A stretch of 64,000 nt of DNA from Octopus vulgaris (taxonomy: Eukaryota): NCBI GenBank assembly GCA_951406725.2, contig OX597818.1, forward strand, positions 138,508,001 through 138,572,000, written 5' to 3'. The notes beneath the pieces were generated by a model that was not told the DNA's origin, searched no databases, and worked only from the letters and a program-made list of their open reading frames with translations. The translations under genes and the position numbers were made by a program. Positions 13,369-27,190 of the stretch are shown here, piece by piece; positions within the stretch are counted from its first letter, which is position 1, and every line of letters begins with the position of its first letter.

Positions 13369-13924
13369 CCACACAAAATGACACTCTAGCTACATCATAA
13401 CATGCTATGATACCATTCTAATGATAGCTTACACCCTAACATTTGAGGTAAACGGGTTCCAATCTTCGATTTTCTAAATCCTATCACATTGATGATGGAT
13501 ATGTTTTCAATTTTGTTCCCTCTCGCAGTTTTTTTACAAGTACTTTTCCCATGTTATTTTGCATTTTTTTTTTTTGTGTGTGTGGAACAGAGGTCTTTAC
13601 AACTGGATGCATTCCCTACCGTGATTCAGTCGACCGTGACACTTGGGCGGAGTTTCACATTTGTCAGTCAAACAAACTGAAACAGGCAAGGTTATATTTT
13701 GGGAGACACAAGAGGAAGTTTGTATAGAGCCAATCAGGCTGCTAAAAACAGCAGCTAAATCTGCCTCAAATTGTTCCCTACCACCTTAAAACATGAAGGA
13801 TACATTTAGTTATACACATCCTAGTAATATAACTTTTACTTCTTTTCTCTCCCTGAAGAAGGAAACACATCCAGAAAGCTAGGCTCCGCTTCTTTCTCAA
13901 GGTGTAAATCATATTCCATTGATC

Positions 13925-14245
13925 ATCACCATCATCATCATCGTTTAATGTCCGTTTTCCATGCTGGCATAGGTTGGACAGTTTGACTGAGGTTTAGAAG
14001 AGCCAGCGGCTGCACCAGGCTCCAGTCTGATCTGGCAATGTTTCTACAGCTGGATGCCCTTTCTAATGCTACCCACTCCAAGGGTGTAGTGGGTGCTTTT
14101 TATGTGCTACTGGCACAGGAGCCAGTCAGGCGGGCTTGGCATCGATCACGTTTGGATAATTTTTTTTTTTCAGGCGACTGGCAGGGGCGGCCAGTCAGGC
14201 ATGTACTGGCAACAGCCACATTCGGATGGTACTTTTTATGTGCCG
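13925..14245 (-). mobile_element. RTE-type LINE 3' UTR fragment with (GAT)n tail
   Basis: Reverse complement of GGAGTGG..GGCATCCAGCTGTAGAAAC..CCAGCATGGAAAACGGACATTAAACGATGATG. Confidence 0.85.
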
Positions 14246-14249
14246 CCAG

Positions 14250-15303
14250 CTCCTTCCTCTGCTGGCAACAAAGAGCCTCTCTCTCAGAGTGAAAGGCAGA
14301 TTGTATGATGCCTGTGTGCAAACAGCTATGCTACAAGGCAGTGAAACATGAGCTGTGACAGCCGAGGACGTGCATAGGCTTGAAAGAAATGAAGCCGGTA
14401 TGCTTCACTGGGTGTGCAATGTCAGTGTGCATGTTTGATAGGGTCAGCATCTTGGAAAAAAGTTAGGCAGAAGGCATCAGATGTGGTGTGCAAGAGAGAA
14501 ATGCGCTGGTATGGCCATGTGATGCATGTAAAGAAGTGCTGATCTCTAACTGTGGAGGAAACCTGTGGTAGAGGTAGACCCAGGAAGACATGGGACAAAG
14601 TGGTGAAGCATGATCTTTGAACTTTGAGCCTCACAGAGGCAATGACTAGTGACTGAGACCTTTGGCAATATGTTGTGCTTGAGAAAACCCATCAAGCCAA
14701 GTGAAATCATAGTCAAAGCTGATGCTGGTGGCACATAACTGGCACTCATGCTGGTGGCACATAAAAAGCACCTTTCCAGTGTTGGGCCTCACGGAGGCAA
14801 AGTGGCTGATGCTGGTGACACATAACTGGCACTCATGCTGGGGGCACATAAAGAGCATCTTTTGAGTGTTGAGCCTCATGGAGGCAAAGTGACTGAGTTC
14901 CTTTCGGGTGTTGGGCCTCATAGAGGCAAAGTGGCTGAGTTCCTTTTGAGTGTTGAGCTTCAGGGAGGCAAAGTGGCTGAGTGCCTTTTGAGTGTTGGGC
15001 CTCACAGAGGCAATGACCAAGACCTTTGGCATTATGTTATGCTTGAGAAGAAGACCTATCAATCCAATCAAAATCACAGTCATGGCAGATACTGGTGCCA
15101 CACAAATGGCACCCGTGCCAGTGGAACATAAAAGCACCCATTACAACCTCAGAGTGGTTGGCATTAGGAAGGGCATCCAGCCATAAAAACCATGCCAAAT
15201 CAGACTGGAGTCTGGTGCAGCCTTCCAGCTTACCAGCCCTGTTCAAACCATCAGCATGAACAACAGAGGTTAAATGATGATGATGATGACGATGATGATG
15301 ATC
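14250..15303 (+). mobile_element. 5'-truncated RTE-clade LINE: C-terminal part of the RT ORF (pseudogene), 3' UTR with internal repeats, (GAT)n tail
   Basis: Translation LPLLATKSLSLRVKGRLYDACVQTAMLQGSET*AVTAEDVHRLERNE..RWYGHVM..GRGRPRKTWDKVVKHDL carries the RTE-typical GSETW, RWYGHV and RGRPRKTW motifs. Confidence 0.9.
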
Positions 15304-15334
15304 ATCATCATCAGCAGCAGCAGCAGCAGCAGTA

Positions 15335-15554
15335 TAAAAGGAGGTGCTGAAAAGTTTCTGGTTTGGGTAAAAGAAAATACAGGAGGATCAGTTAATTATG
15401 ATTTTATCCAACATATTCCACTCTCAGATTCACACACTTATTGCAGCAGTACTTCAGTTTTTCTAAGCCCTGTAAAAGAACTTGAAAGTTTAGGCCTCCA
15501 GTCAGGTCTTTCATAATGCTTTTAAACCCAAGAACTTTTCAACGCCACCTCATA
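15335..15554 (-). mobile_element. Mariner-derived MITE (~220 bp)
   Basis: TIRs TAAAAGGAGGTGCTGAAAAGTTTCTGGTTT / rc TATGAGGTGGCGTTGAAAAGTTCTTGGGTTT; minus strand keeps a transposase C-terminal remnant GLEKLKYCCNKCVNLRVEYV. Confidence 0.8.
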
Positions 15555-15855
15555 TATATAATTTAATATACACATGGACTAACCATGTATACTGAGCCTG
15601 AAAGATTGCTTGGAGACACAAGGCACATTGAATGAATCTGCTGAGCTATTGTGTTTCCATGGCATGAAACTATCAATACGTCTTATTTAAATACTGTATG
15701 TATTGTATGATATTCATCTTTCACTGAAGGCAGTACTTTATTTGTTACTCCTACCTATAACAGAACAGTAAACTATATATACATATATATCATCATCATC
15801 ATATATATATATATATATACTCTTTTTTCTCTTTTTTTTTACTCTTTTTTTTACT

Positions 15856-15921
<66 letters not shown>

Positions 15922-15925
<4 letters not shown>

Positions 15926-16073
15926 GTTAGGAAGGGCATCCAGCTGTAGAAACATTGCCAGATTAGACTGGAGCCTGGTGCAGCCTTCTGGCTTCCCAGA
16001 ACCCCGGTCGAACCGTCCAACCCATGCTAGCATGGAGAACGGACGTTAAACGACGATGATGATGATGATGATG
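15922..16073 (+). mobile_element. Short RTE 3'-end copy with (GAT)n tail
   Basis: GGCGTTAGGAAGGGCATCCAGC...CATGGAGAACGGACGTTAAACGACGATGATG; near-identical to 17369, 18941, 22740. Confidence 0.88.
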
Positions 16074-16094
16074 ATATATATGTATGCATGTATG

Positions 16095-16387
<293 letters not shown>

Positions 16388-17004
16388 CTGTGTACATTAC
16401 AGCTAAGTTCTAACGCTATTCCTGTCCCACAGAATGATTACACACAGCTGGCAAAGATCACTAAACCATGATGAAGAACAAAATTAGAAAATCCTGAAAT
16501 TAAATATTTCCCATTGAAACCTAATTTTCCCCACTTTCCAGTAAAAGAAACAAACAATAAATAAATAAATAAAAAAAGTCACAAACAAATTGGCCCTCAA
16601 CTCCTTTCAGCTTGGCATATCCTAGTTTTGCCAATACCTTCTTCTCCTTATAGAAATCTGCTTAACAGATTTTTGATAAGAAAACAAACCCATTACTTAG
16701 TTCAGGAGCAAAATTTGGTGTGACTAGTTCTGCTCTTTTGTGTTTTTCAGTCACTGGACTGCAGCCATACTGGAGCACCACCTTAATCAAACAAATGAAC
16801 TTCTTGTACTTATATTTTGTTTTGTTTTCTTTTTAAATCTGGAATTTATTTTATCAGGCTTTTTGCCAAATGGGCTAAGAAATTGGGATGTTAACAAACC
16901 AACAACAGTTGTCAAGCAGGGTCAGGGGGAGAGGTGAGAAACACAAACTCTAAGATACACATATGTACACATATATTTATGTATAATGTGTGTGTGTATA
17001 TACA

Positions 17005-17067
<63 letters not shown>

Positions 17068-17368
17068 GTGGTGGTGGTGGGGATGATGATGATGATGTGT
17101 GCATATATATGTTGTGGCTTGCTGAAAATATGCTACAGGGCCCAGTGCCTTGATCTGCCAACTGGCTTATAAATGCTGCTAAGACAGCCCTGCTAATGAT
17201 TCCCTTCTTTATGAAGATAGAAAGAGGTGGTTTGAGGGAGATTTGCTTGTTATTTCTAGCAGATTAAGTTAACCACATGGATGGTGTTTCAGTAAAGATA
17301 CTCTCTTAGAAAAACGTATCTCCCAGGCTCGTTTCAGTTCCTAATTAGAAATTCCTTTACTTATGATA

Positions 17369-17527
17369 GGAGTGGTTGGCGTTAGGAAGGGCATCCAGCT
17401 GTAGAAACTTTGCCAGATAAGACCGGAGCCTGGTGCAGCCTTCTGGCTTCCCAGATCCCCAGTCGAACCGTCCAACCCATGCTAGCATGGAGAACGGACG
17501 TTAAACGATGATGATGATGATGATGAT
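17369..17527 (+). mobile_element. Short RTE 3'-end copy with (GAT)n tail
   Basis: Same sequence as 15922-16073. Confidence 0.88.
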
Positions 17528-17851
17528 CAATTTTCTAACAACTTTAATTTCCATAAGAGAAGGGCATAGAATGAACATCACAACATCCTTTTCAGACTGC
17601 ATCACTTCTATCCCCACCAAAAAAAAAACAATAATAGCAATAACATCTCTACCAGCCACATTTGTTGTTCATATGATGTCTCAGTTCTCCAGTACCAGAG
17701 TTAATCAATTTGCTTAGCATGTTAAGCCATCTGTTGACCATAAACCTCCAACTGCTCAAACGATTATCCAACAGCAACATATTAACAATAACCAGATTTT
17801 CATTCAAAAACTTTGAGCAATACATAGAGAGAGAGAGAGGGTAGATATGGT

Positions 17852-17882
<31 letters not shown>

Positions 17883-18106
17883 GGGAAAAGAGAGTTTATA
17901 ATATATTTTTTATATACACACCTACCCTTAGTGTCTTACTAAAACAACTTCATATATTTGTATGTATGTATGCATTTATATATATATATTGACACTTTTT
18001 TGGTGTCCTGTACCCATATATGCATGTATACATACATGTAGATGTAGGTACGTACATATATGTATGTATATATGTATATGTTTTATTTATCAATTTGTTA
18101 TTATAT

Positions 18107-18140
<34 letters not shown>

Positions 18141-18789
18141 ACAAATATGTTATATAATATATATAATACATATATATATATAAATACACATTTATGTATA
18201 TATACACATATATATATATATATACACATATATATATATATTTATATATATGTGTATATATATATATATATATCCCTAAGTATATATATATTATATAATA
18301 TATATATATATACATGTGTGTGCATGTGTGTGTATATATGTGTGTGTATCAGTTGTCATGTAACAACTAATTATTAGAAAAAATGTCTAATATAATATGC
18401 AGTGTAACATATACTATAGAACTATGTGTGCGCGTATTTGTGTGCATGTGTGTCCATGGGTATTCACATTTGTTAAGATGTATATGTACATATGTATGCA
18501 TTTGTATGTATACATATATATGCGTATCTGCATGTATATTTTTATCCATCTATTTCTACACATGCAAGACCACACATACTGTTGCACAAAAGGAAAAGAA
18601 CTTACACACATTGTTAATAACACATGACAATATTAATATAGTGCAAATAAGTGACTCAAGTGTATATAATATATACACGTTGAAGCCATTCACAATGTTG
18701 AATGTATATACATATATATATGTAGATAGATATATATACATATATATATACAAATATATATATACATACACATATATATATATATACAC

Positions 18790-18900
<111 letters not shown>

Positions 18901-18940
18901 TATATATATATACACACATATATATACACACATATATATA

Positions 18941-19163
18941 CATCATCATCATCATCGTTTAACGTCCATTCTCCATGCTAGCATGGGTTGGACGGTTCGA
19001 CCGGGGATCTGGGAAGCCAGAAGGCTGCACCAGGCTCCGGTCTTATCTGGCAATGTTTCTACAGCTGGATGCCCTTCCTAATGCCAACCACTCCGTGAGT
19101 GTAGTGGGTGCTTTTTACGTGCCACCTGCACGGAAGCCAGTCGAGGCGGCACTGGCTTTGGCT
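18941..19163 (-). mobile_element. Short RTE 3'-end copy
   Basis: Reverse complement of the 15922 family. Confidence 0.88.
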
Positions 19164-19193
19164 AGATATATATACATATATATATATACATAC

Positions 19194-19358
19194 TGGAGTG
19201 GCTGTGTGGTAAGTAGCTTGTTTACCAACCACATGGTTCCGGGTTCAGTCCCACAGCGTGGCACCTTGGGCAAGTGTCTTCTTCTATAGCCTCGGGCCAA
19301 CCAAAGCCTTGTGAGTGGATTTGGTTGACAGAAACTGAAAGAAGCCCATCGTATATAC

Positions 19359-19419
<61 letters not shown>

Positions 19420-19632
19420 CGTTTGTATGTCTGTGTTTGTCCCTCTAGCATTGCTTGACAACCGATGCTGGTGTGTTTATGTCCCTGTTACTTAGCGGTT
19501 CGGCAAAAAGAGACCGATAGAATAAGTACTGGGCTTACAAAAGAATAAGTCCCGGGGTCGAGTTGCTCGATTAAAGGCGGTGCTCCAGCATGGCCGCAGT
19601 CAAATGACTGAAACAAGTAAAAGAGTAAAAGA
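19194..19632 (+). mobile_element. SINE family A, near-consensus copy
   Basis: Box A TGGCTGTGTGG, box B GGTTCAGTCCC, CORE-like ACCTTGGGCAAGT, internal (AT)n(GT)n, tail GAAACAAGTAAAAGAGTAAAAGA. Confidence 0.92.
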
Positions 19633-19688
19633 TTATACACATAAGGGTGTGTCTGTGCATGTGTGAATTTAAGTGGATTTACGTGTTT

Positions 19689-19728
<40 letters not shown>

Positions 19729-19924
19729 GTATATGTATGTATGTATGTATGTATATGTCTGTATATGTGTGTGTTATTTCTACCATGAATTAATTGGTTT
19801 CATGTTTTTTACAAATCCCTATGTATTACTCTTTTACTCTTTTTACTACATGGAATTATGTTAAACTCCGCTTTATTTATATATATCATATATCATTACA
19901 TCAAAGTATATATTTACATATATG

Positions 19925-19986
<62 letters not shown>

Positions 19987-20532
19987 CTACCATGAATTAA
20001 TTGGTTTCATGTTTTTTACAAATCCCTATGTATATATATATATATTTTTTTTCTCAATGTCCTTACATATTTCAAAATTGAATTTCATCTACTTTCATCA
20101 CTTAATGTTTTTTTTCTGTGTCTGTGTGTCCAGTGTTTTTAGGATTTTTTTTTTTTGCAGGGGTTGGGGGAGGGGGGTTGTTCCTTTCTACCTTCCAATA
20201 ATAAAAACCTTTAGGTCTCTATCTTTCTAATTTCTCTACACATTGTATGCTTTCTAATCACTTCCCCTCCACCCTTTGAACACTGCCATCTACCACATTT
20301 GATACAAGCTATCAATTACAACTATTAGTATCATTTAACTTACCACCAATCTCTTCTTCTTTTCCTTTTTCTTTTTCTTTTTCTTTATCTTCTGTCTTTC
20401 TGTTCTTTTTTTCTTCTTTCTACCACTTTTTCTTCTCTTACAATTGTTCCTCTTTCTTCCCTGCCTGCAACTCCTTCTTTTTATAAGCTTATAATAAATG
20501 AACTTCCATACTTATTTGCATATTTCTGCATT

Positions 20533-20947
20533 ACTCTTTTTACTCTTTTACTTGTTTCAGTCATTTGACTGCGGCCATGCTGGAGCACCGCCTTTAGTCG
20601 AGCAAATCGACCCTGGGACTTATTCTTTGTAAGCCCAGTACTTATTCTATCGGTCTCTTTTGCCGAACTGCTAAGTGACGGGGACGTAAACACACCAGCA
20701 TCGGTTGTCAAGCAATGCTAGGAGGACAAACACAGACACACAAACATATACACACACACTTATATATATATATATACATATATACGACAGGCTTCTTTCA
20801 GTTTCCGTCTACCAAATCCACTCACAAGGCTTTGGTCGGCCCGGGGCTATAGCAGAAGACACTTGCCCAAGATGCCACGCAGTGGGACTGAACCCGGAAC
20901 CATGTGGTTGGTTAGCAAGCTACTTACCACACAGCCACTCCTGTGCC
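20533..20947 (-). mobile_element. SINE family A, near-consensus copy, flanked by a ~150-bp direct duplication
   Basis: Reverse complement of the 19194 family. Confidence 0.92.
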
Positions 20948-21240
20948 TTTATCTTTATCTTCTGTCTTTCTTTTTTTTTTCTTCTTTCTACCACTTTTTC
21001 TTCTCTTACAATTGTTCCTCTTTCTTCCCTGCCTGTAACTCCTTCTTTTTATATGCTTATAATAAATGAGTTTCCATATTTATTTGCATATTTCTGTATT
21101 ATTCACTTTTTTTTTTTGTGATGCTTAACCACCCTTGTCTTAATTTTTAAATTTAATCTTTGTCTTTTACAACATATTTTACTTAAACTTTCCGTTTCTA
21201 AATGGGCTTTTTTTTCTTCACAACAATTATTATGAGGCAA

Positions 21241-21752
21241 GTGAAAATCAAATCAAATCAAATCAAAATAGATGAACATCAATGGAATTTGTATCTTTGT
21301 GGTACCAGTGCCGGTGGCACACAAGAAAACCATCCGAACGTGGCCGTAGCCAGTACCGCATCGACTGGCCTCCGTGCTGTGGGCACGTAAGAAACACCAT
21401 CCGATCGTGGCCGTTCGTCAGCCTCATCTGGCACCTGTGTCGGTGGCACATAAAAACACCATTCCGAGCGTGGCCGTTCGCCAGCCTCGTCTGGCACCTG
21501 TGTCGGTGGCACATAAAAACACCATCCGAGCGTGGCCGTTCGCCAGCCTCGTCTGGCACCTGTGTCGGTGGCACATAAAATCACCCACTACACTCTCGGA
21601 GTGGTTGGCGTTAGGAAGGGCATCCAGCTGTAGAAACACTGCCAGATCTGACTGGCCTGGTGCAGCCTTCGGGCTCCCCAGACCCCAGTTGAACCGTCCA
21701 ACCCATGCTAGCATGGAAAGCGGACGTTAAATGATGATGATGATGATGATGA
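21241..21752 (+). mobile_element. RTE 3' UTR copy with three 62-63 bp tandem repeats and (GAT)n tail
   Basis: Units CACCATCCGAGCGTGGCCGTTCGCCAGCCTCGTCTGGCACCTGTGTCGGTGGCACATAAAAA start at 21395, 21457, 21520, followed by the standard 3' end. Confidence 0.85.
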
Positions 21753-22075
21753 TTTCCATATATATTGGTAATTCATGCTATTTAGTTTTAATTCAATTTT
21801 GACGTATTTTTTCCTGCTTATATTTTCCTTTCATACTCAATTGTTTTATACTCAATTGTTTTTGTCAAATGGTTTCTTGTTATTCTGAAAATGAATAACA
21901 CCCTTACCCATCAGCTTTTAAAAGATTTATTTGATGAATAACTAAATAATTATCACTGCACCAATTATAAAAACATTTATAAGTCATAATTTTGTCCAAA
22001 GAATCAATAACAGTATGATGATCGATAAACTCTAAGTAACAGTTTGTGAATTCTTTACAGCTTCAATAGGACACT

Positions 22076-22077
<2 letters not shown>

Positions 22078-22106
<29 letters not shown>

Positions 22107-22116
22107 CCAGCATCAC

Positions 22117-22173
<57 letters not shown>

Positions 22174-22254
22174 CACTATCATCACCATCATCATCATCAC
22201 CATCATCATCACCATCATCACTATCATCACCATCATCATCATCACCATCATCAC

Positions 22255-22289
<35 letters not shown>

Positions 22290-22315
22290 CCATCATCATC
22301 ATCACCACCACCACC

Positions 22316-22370
<55 letters not shown>

Positions 22371-22440
22371 CCACCACCACCACCACCACCGCCACCACCA
22401 CCACCACCACCACCACCACCATCATCATCGTCATCATCAT
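22078..22440. repeat. (CAT/CAC)n tract, probably the expanded tail of the adjacent minus-strand RTE end (22435-22730)
   Basis: Visible directly; followed by TTTAACGTCTGTTTTCCATGCTTGCATGGGTTGGAC. Confidence 0.85.
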
Positions 22441-22739
22441 CCTTATTATTTAACGTCTGTTTTCCATGCTTGCATGGGTTGGACAGTTTCACAGGAGCTG
22501 AACAGCTGAACAGCTGCCCGGGTTCCATGTTGGTATTGGTATGGTTCCTATGGCTTGATGCCCTTCCTAACACTGACCTCAATTTCACTTAGTTTGACGT
22601 GTCTTCTCATGTACAGCAAGCTGCCAAAAGTGTCGATTCCTTCTCTATCAGGACCAATGTCTGAAGATCCTTTCTCCCCACTTTGTCCCATGTTTTCCTG
22701 GGTCTGCTCCTTCTACAGTTTTCCTTCACTATGTATGTA

Positions 22740-22972
22740 TCATCATCGTCATCATCATCATCGTTTAACGTCCGTTCTCCATGCTAGCATGGGTTGGACG
22801 GTTCGACCGGGGATCTGGGAAGCCAGAAGGCTGCACCAGGCTCCAGTCTGATCTGGCAGTGTTTCTACAGCTGGATGCCCTTTCTAACGCCAACCACTCC
22901 ATGAGTGTAATGGGTGCTTTTTACGTGCCACCTGCACAGGTGCCAGGTGAGGCTGGCAATGGCCACGGTCGG
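22740..22972 (-). mobile_element. Short RTE 3'-end copy
   Basis: Reverse complement of the 15922 family. Confidence 0.88.
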
Positions 22973-23457
22973 AGTGTGTGTGTGTGTATGTGTGTATATA
23001 CACAAATACACACATGAACACACACACACTCAGACACATACACAAGCACACACATATATATAGTTATACACTTACATGTATATATATATATACACACACA
23101 TACATACATACATACAAACATATGTATATACGTGCACACATACACACACACACAGATACACAGTCACATGTGTATGTATAAACAGAAATATTTCTCTGTG
23201 TGTACATGTGTGTCTGCGTCTGTATGTGCATGCATGTGTATGTGTTTTGTGCATCATTGTGTCTGTGTGTATGTGTGTGTGTGTGTGTGCGTGCGTCTTT
23301 GTGTCTGTGCGTATGTGTGTGTGTGCATGTGTGTGTGTGCAGCTTTGTGTCTGTGCATATGTGTGTGTGTGTGTGTGTGTGTGCGTCTTTGTGTATGTGC
23401 GTATGTGTGTGTGTGTGTGTGTGCATGTGTGTGTGTGCAGCTTTGTGTCTGTGCGTA

Positions 23458-23509
<52 letters not shown>

Positions 23510-24223
23510 TGTGTGTGTGTGTGTCTGTGCGTATGTGCGTGTGTGTGTGTCTGCGCGTGCGCATCTCAAACTTTGCCTCTTGTGTGGTCATTAGCGCCTT
23601 AAGTACGTAAACATATAAATAGAAGCATATTTTAATGCACAGTGGTATTAATAGGTGTCAGCATGCGTATATAAGAATATACATGTGTGTAGATGCGGTG
23701 TGTATGAATACATGTCTGTGAATTGCACATCTGAGTTTGTGCTGCATGTGGCCTTTGTGTGGGCACAGCTCAGTGCATACATATGCATACAGCAGAACTT
23801 AACTGTACATGTATTTGTATGGATGCTCATACGATTGTATGGATGCTCATACGATTGTATGTCTGTTCATGTGGTTGTGTATATCTGTGTGTGCAGAGCC
23901 CTCTAGGCTGCAATTGGCATATAGAAACCGTAATTATATTAAAAATGACACAAAGATTCTCTCCCCTTTGATGTTTGTAAAATATGTAAACGTTTGCATT
24001 CAGTCCTCCCCCTCTCCCCTCCCATTCTATTAGGTTTATAAATAAATAAATATATCGATATGTATACACTTGTATACACACATATAAATATACATGCATG
24101 TGTCTGTGTGTCTCTATCTGTCCATATATACATGTATGTCCATATGTGTCCATATATACATATATGCACACACACATATATATATATGTATATATGTGTG
24201 TGTATATATGTATATATATAGAT

Positions 24224-24267
<44 letters not shown>

Positions 24268-24275
24268 CTAGCTAA

Positions 24276-24324
<49 letters not shown>

Positions 24325-24461
24325 TAGATAGATACAGATATATATATACACATATTAATATATATACATACATACAGATATATATACATATATACATATT
24401 TATATATATAGACACACATGTGTGTTTGTGTGCATATGCATATACATACACACAATCACAC

Positions 24462-24492
<31 letters not shown>

Positions 24493-24606
24493 TGCATGTA
24501 TGTATGTGTATGTATGTATGTATGTATGTATGTATGTATGTATGCATGTATGTATGTGTATGTATGTATGTATGTATGTATGTATGTATGTATGTATGTA
24601 TGTATG

Positions 24607-24652
<46 letters not shown>

Positions 24653-24961
24653 CATGTGTGTATGCATGTGTACATGCATGTGTATATACATACTGTATAT
24701 GTATGAATATTTATGAATGTATATGTAGATATATACATATATGTGTGTGTTGTGTGTGTGAGAGACTGTGTGTCTATGCATAAATGCATGCGTGTATATG
24801 CATATGTATGTATATATATATATTATATTCTTATGCATACACACATCATTGTAGTCATTTTATTAAAATTGTCATCACCATTATTATTATCCCTATCATA
24901 ATCATCATCATCATCATTATCATTATTGTTATTATTATTATTGTTATTATTATTATTATTA

Positions 24962-25037
<76 letters not shown>

Positions 25038-25159
25038 CGTCATCGTTGTTGTTATTGTTATCATTAGTTTGCTTCATATAATTTGGAGAATAAGTATTTA
25101 TCCAAGACACTAATTGGTTTCATGGGTAGTGGTGGTTTTCAGTAATGGCTGTGTTAGGA

Positions 25160-26092
25160 GTCGGTGGTGGTGGTTGTGGTGGTGGTGGTGGTGGTTTCAT
25201 TTAGTGGTTTGGTGGGGAAGTGTATAAAAGTAAAGTAAAGTGGTTGTAAGGGTAATAATATTCAAGGTGCAGGTTGATGTAAGTGATAGCAGTTGCAACT
25301 GTGATGAACTGAGTGACTGTTGTAGTGGTGGTGGTGGTGGTGGTGGTGGTGGTGGCACTGGCTGTTGTAGTGGTGGTGGTGTCAGTGGCAGTGGCAGTGG
25401 TGGTAGTGGTGGTGGTGGTGGTTGTGGCACTGGCTGTTGTAGTGGTGGTGGTGTCAGTGGCAGTGGCGGTGGTGGTGGTGGTGGTGGTGGCTCTGGCTGT
25501 GGTAGTGGTGGTGGTGTCAGTGGCAGTGGCAGTGGTGGTAGTGGTGGTGGTGGTGGTGGTGGCACTGGCTGTGGTAGTGGTGGTGGTGTCAGTGGCAATG
25601 GCAGTGGTGGTGGTGGTGGTGGTGGCTCTGGCTGTGGTAGTGGTGGTGGTGTCAGTGGCAGTGGCAGTGGTGGTAGTGGTGGTGGTGGTGGTGATGGTGG
25701 TGGTGGCAATGGCTGTGGTAGTGGTGGTGGTGTCAGTGGCAGTGGCAGTGGTGGTAGTGGTGGTGGTGGTGGTGGTGGTGGCTGGTGGTAGTGGTGGTGG
25801 TGTCAGTGGCAGTGGTGGTAGTGGTGGTGGTGGTGGTGGTGGTGGTGGTGGTGGTTGGTGGCAGTGGTGGTGGTGGTGGTGGTAGTGGTGGTTGGTACAC
25901 TGTATTTTTTTTTCTACTTGCTATTGTTGTTAATCTTGTTGAAGCAGTTGAAGCAATGGTGTTAATAACAGTGTTGGTAATGCTGATAGTGATGGTGATG
26001 GTGATGGTGATAATATTGTCAGTGTTGAGGTTGGTGGTGGTGGTGGTGGTGGTGGTGGTGGTGGTGGTGGTGGTGGTGGTGGTGGTGGTGAT
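25160..26092. repeat. (GGT)n-based higher-order minisatellite
   Basis: Recurrent GGCTGTGGTAGTGGTGGTGGTGTCAGTGGCAGTGGC units among (GGT)n; produces the Gly-rich and Pro-rich ORFs. Confidence 0.9.
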
Positions 26093-26237
26093 GTAATGAT
26101 GTTGTCATTAGTGATTGTGACGGCGTTGCAGAATTGACAAACATTACCGTTTGTGAGATGGCAATTACAGCCAAATTAAAATAAACACACATTGCGAAGG
26201 CATTCTTCTGTGCATGCAACATATAATCATGTGTACA

Positions 26238-26780
<543 letters not shown>

Positions 26781-26855
26781 GAATAAATACACAGACAGAT
26801 TCAGAGACAAAAATGCATAATGCATACACACACACACACATGATATATTTATATA

Positions 26856-26891
<36 letters not shown>

Positions 26892-26910
26892 CATACATAT
26901 AGATACTTTG

Positions 26911-27190
26911 CAGGAGTGGCTGTGTGGTAAGAAGCTTGCTTCCCAACCACATGGCTCTGAGTTCAGTCCCTCTGCATGGCAACTTGGGCAAGTGTCTTTT
27001 ACTAAAGCCTCGGGACAACCAAAGCTTTGAGTGGATTTGGTACACAGAAACTGAAAAAAGCCCTCAAATTACAAAAGTGATTACAAGAGAAGTGGTAGGA
27101 ATGGGTAAGTCTATGTTTGTGGGAATGTGACAGACCGACTGTTCAGATGTTTACATCCCTGATAGATAGAGGGCAAATGAAGACTGATAG
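26911..27190 (+). mobile_element. SINE family A, diverged
   Basis: Head CAGGAGTGGCTGTGTGGTAAGAAGCTTGCTTCCCAACCACATGG. Confidence 0.75.

Noticed and set aside
21395-21582. CRISPR-like repeat array
   Set aside because: Contiguous tandem units with no unique spacers, inside a LINE 3' UTR, in a eukaryotic context with no cas genes
22055-22588. Asp/Gly-rich acidic protein
   Set aside because: It is the expanded (GAT/GGT)n tail of an RTE 3' end
25197-25885. Gly/Ser/Cys-rich or Pro-rich structural protein
   Set aside because: GGT-based minisatellite open in multiple frames; no signal peptide or splice context
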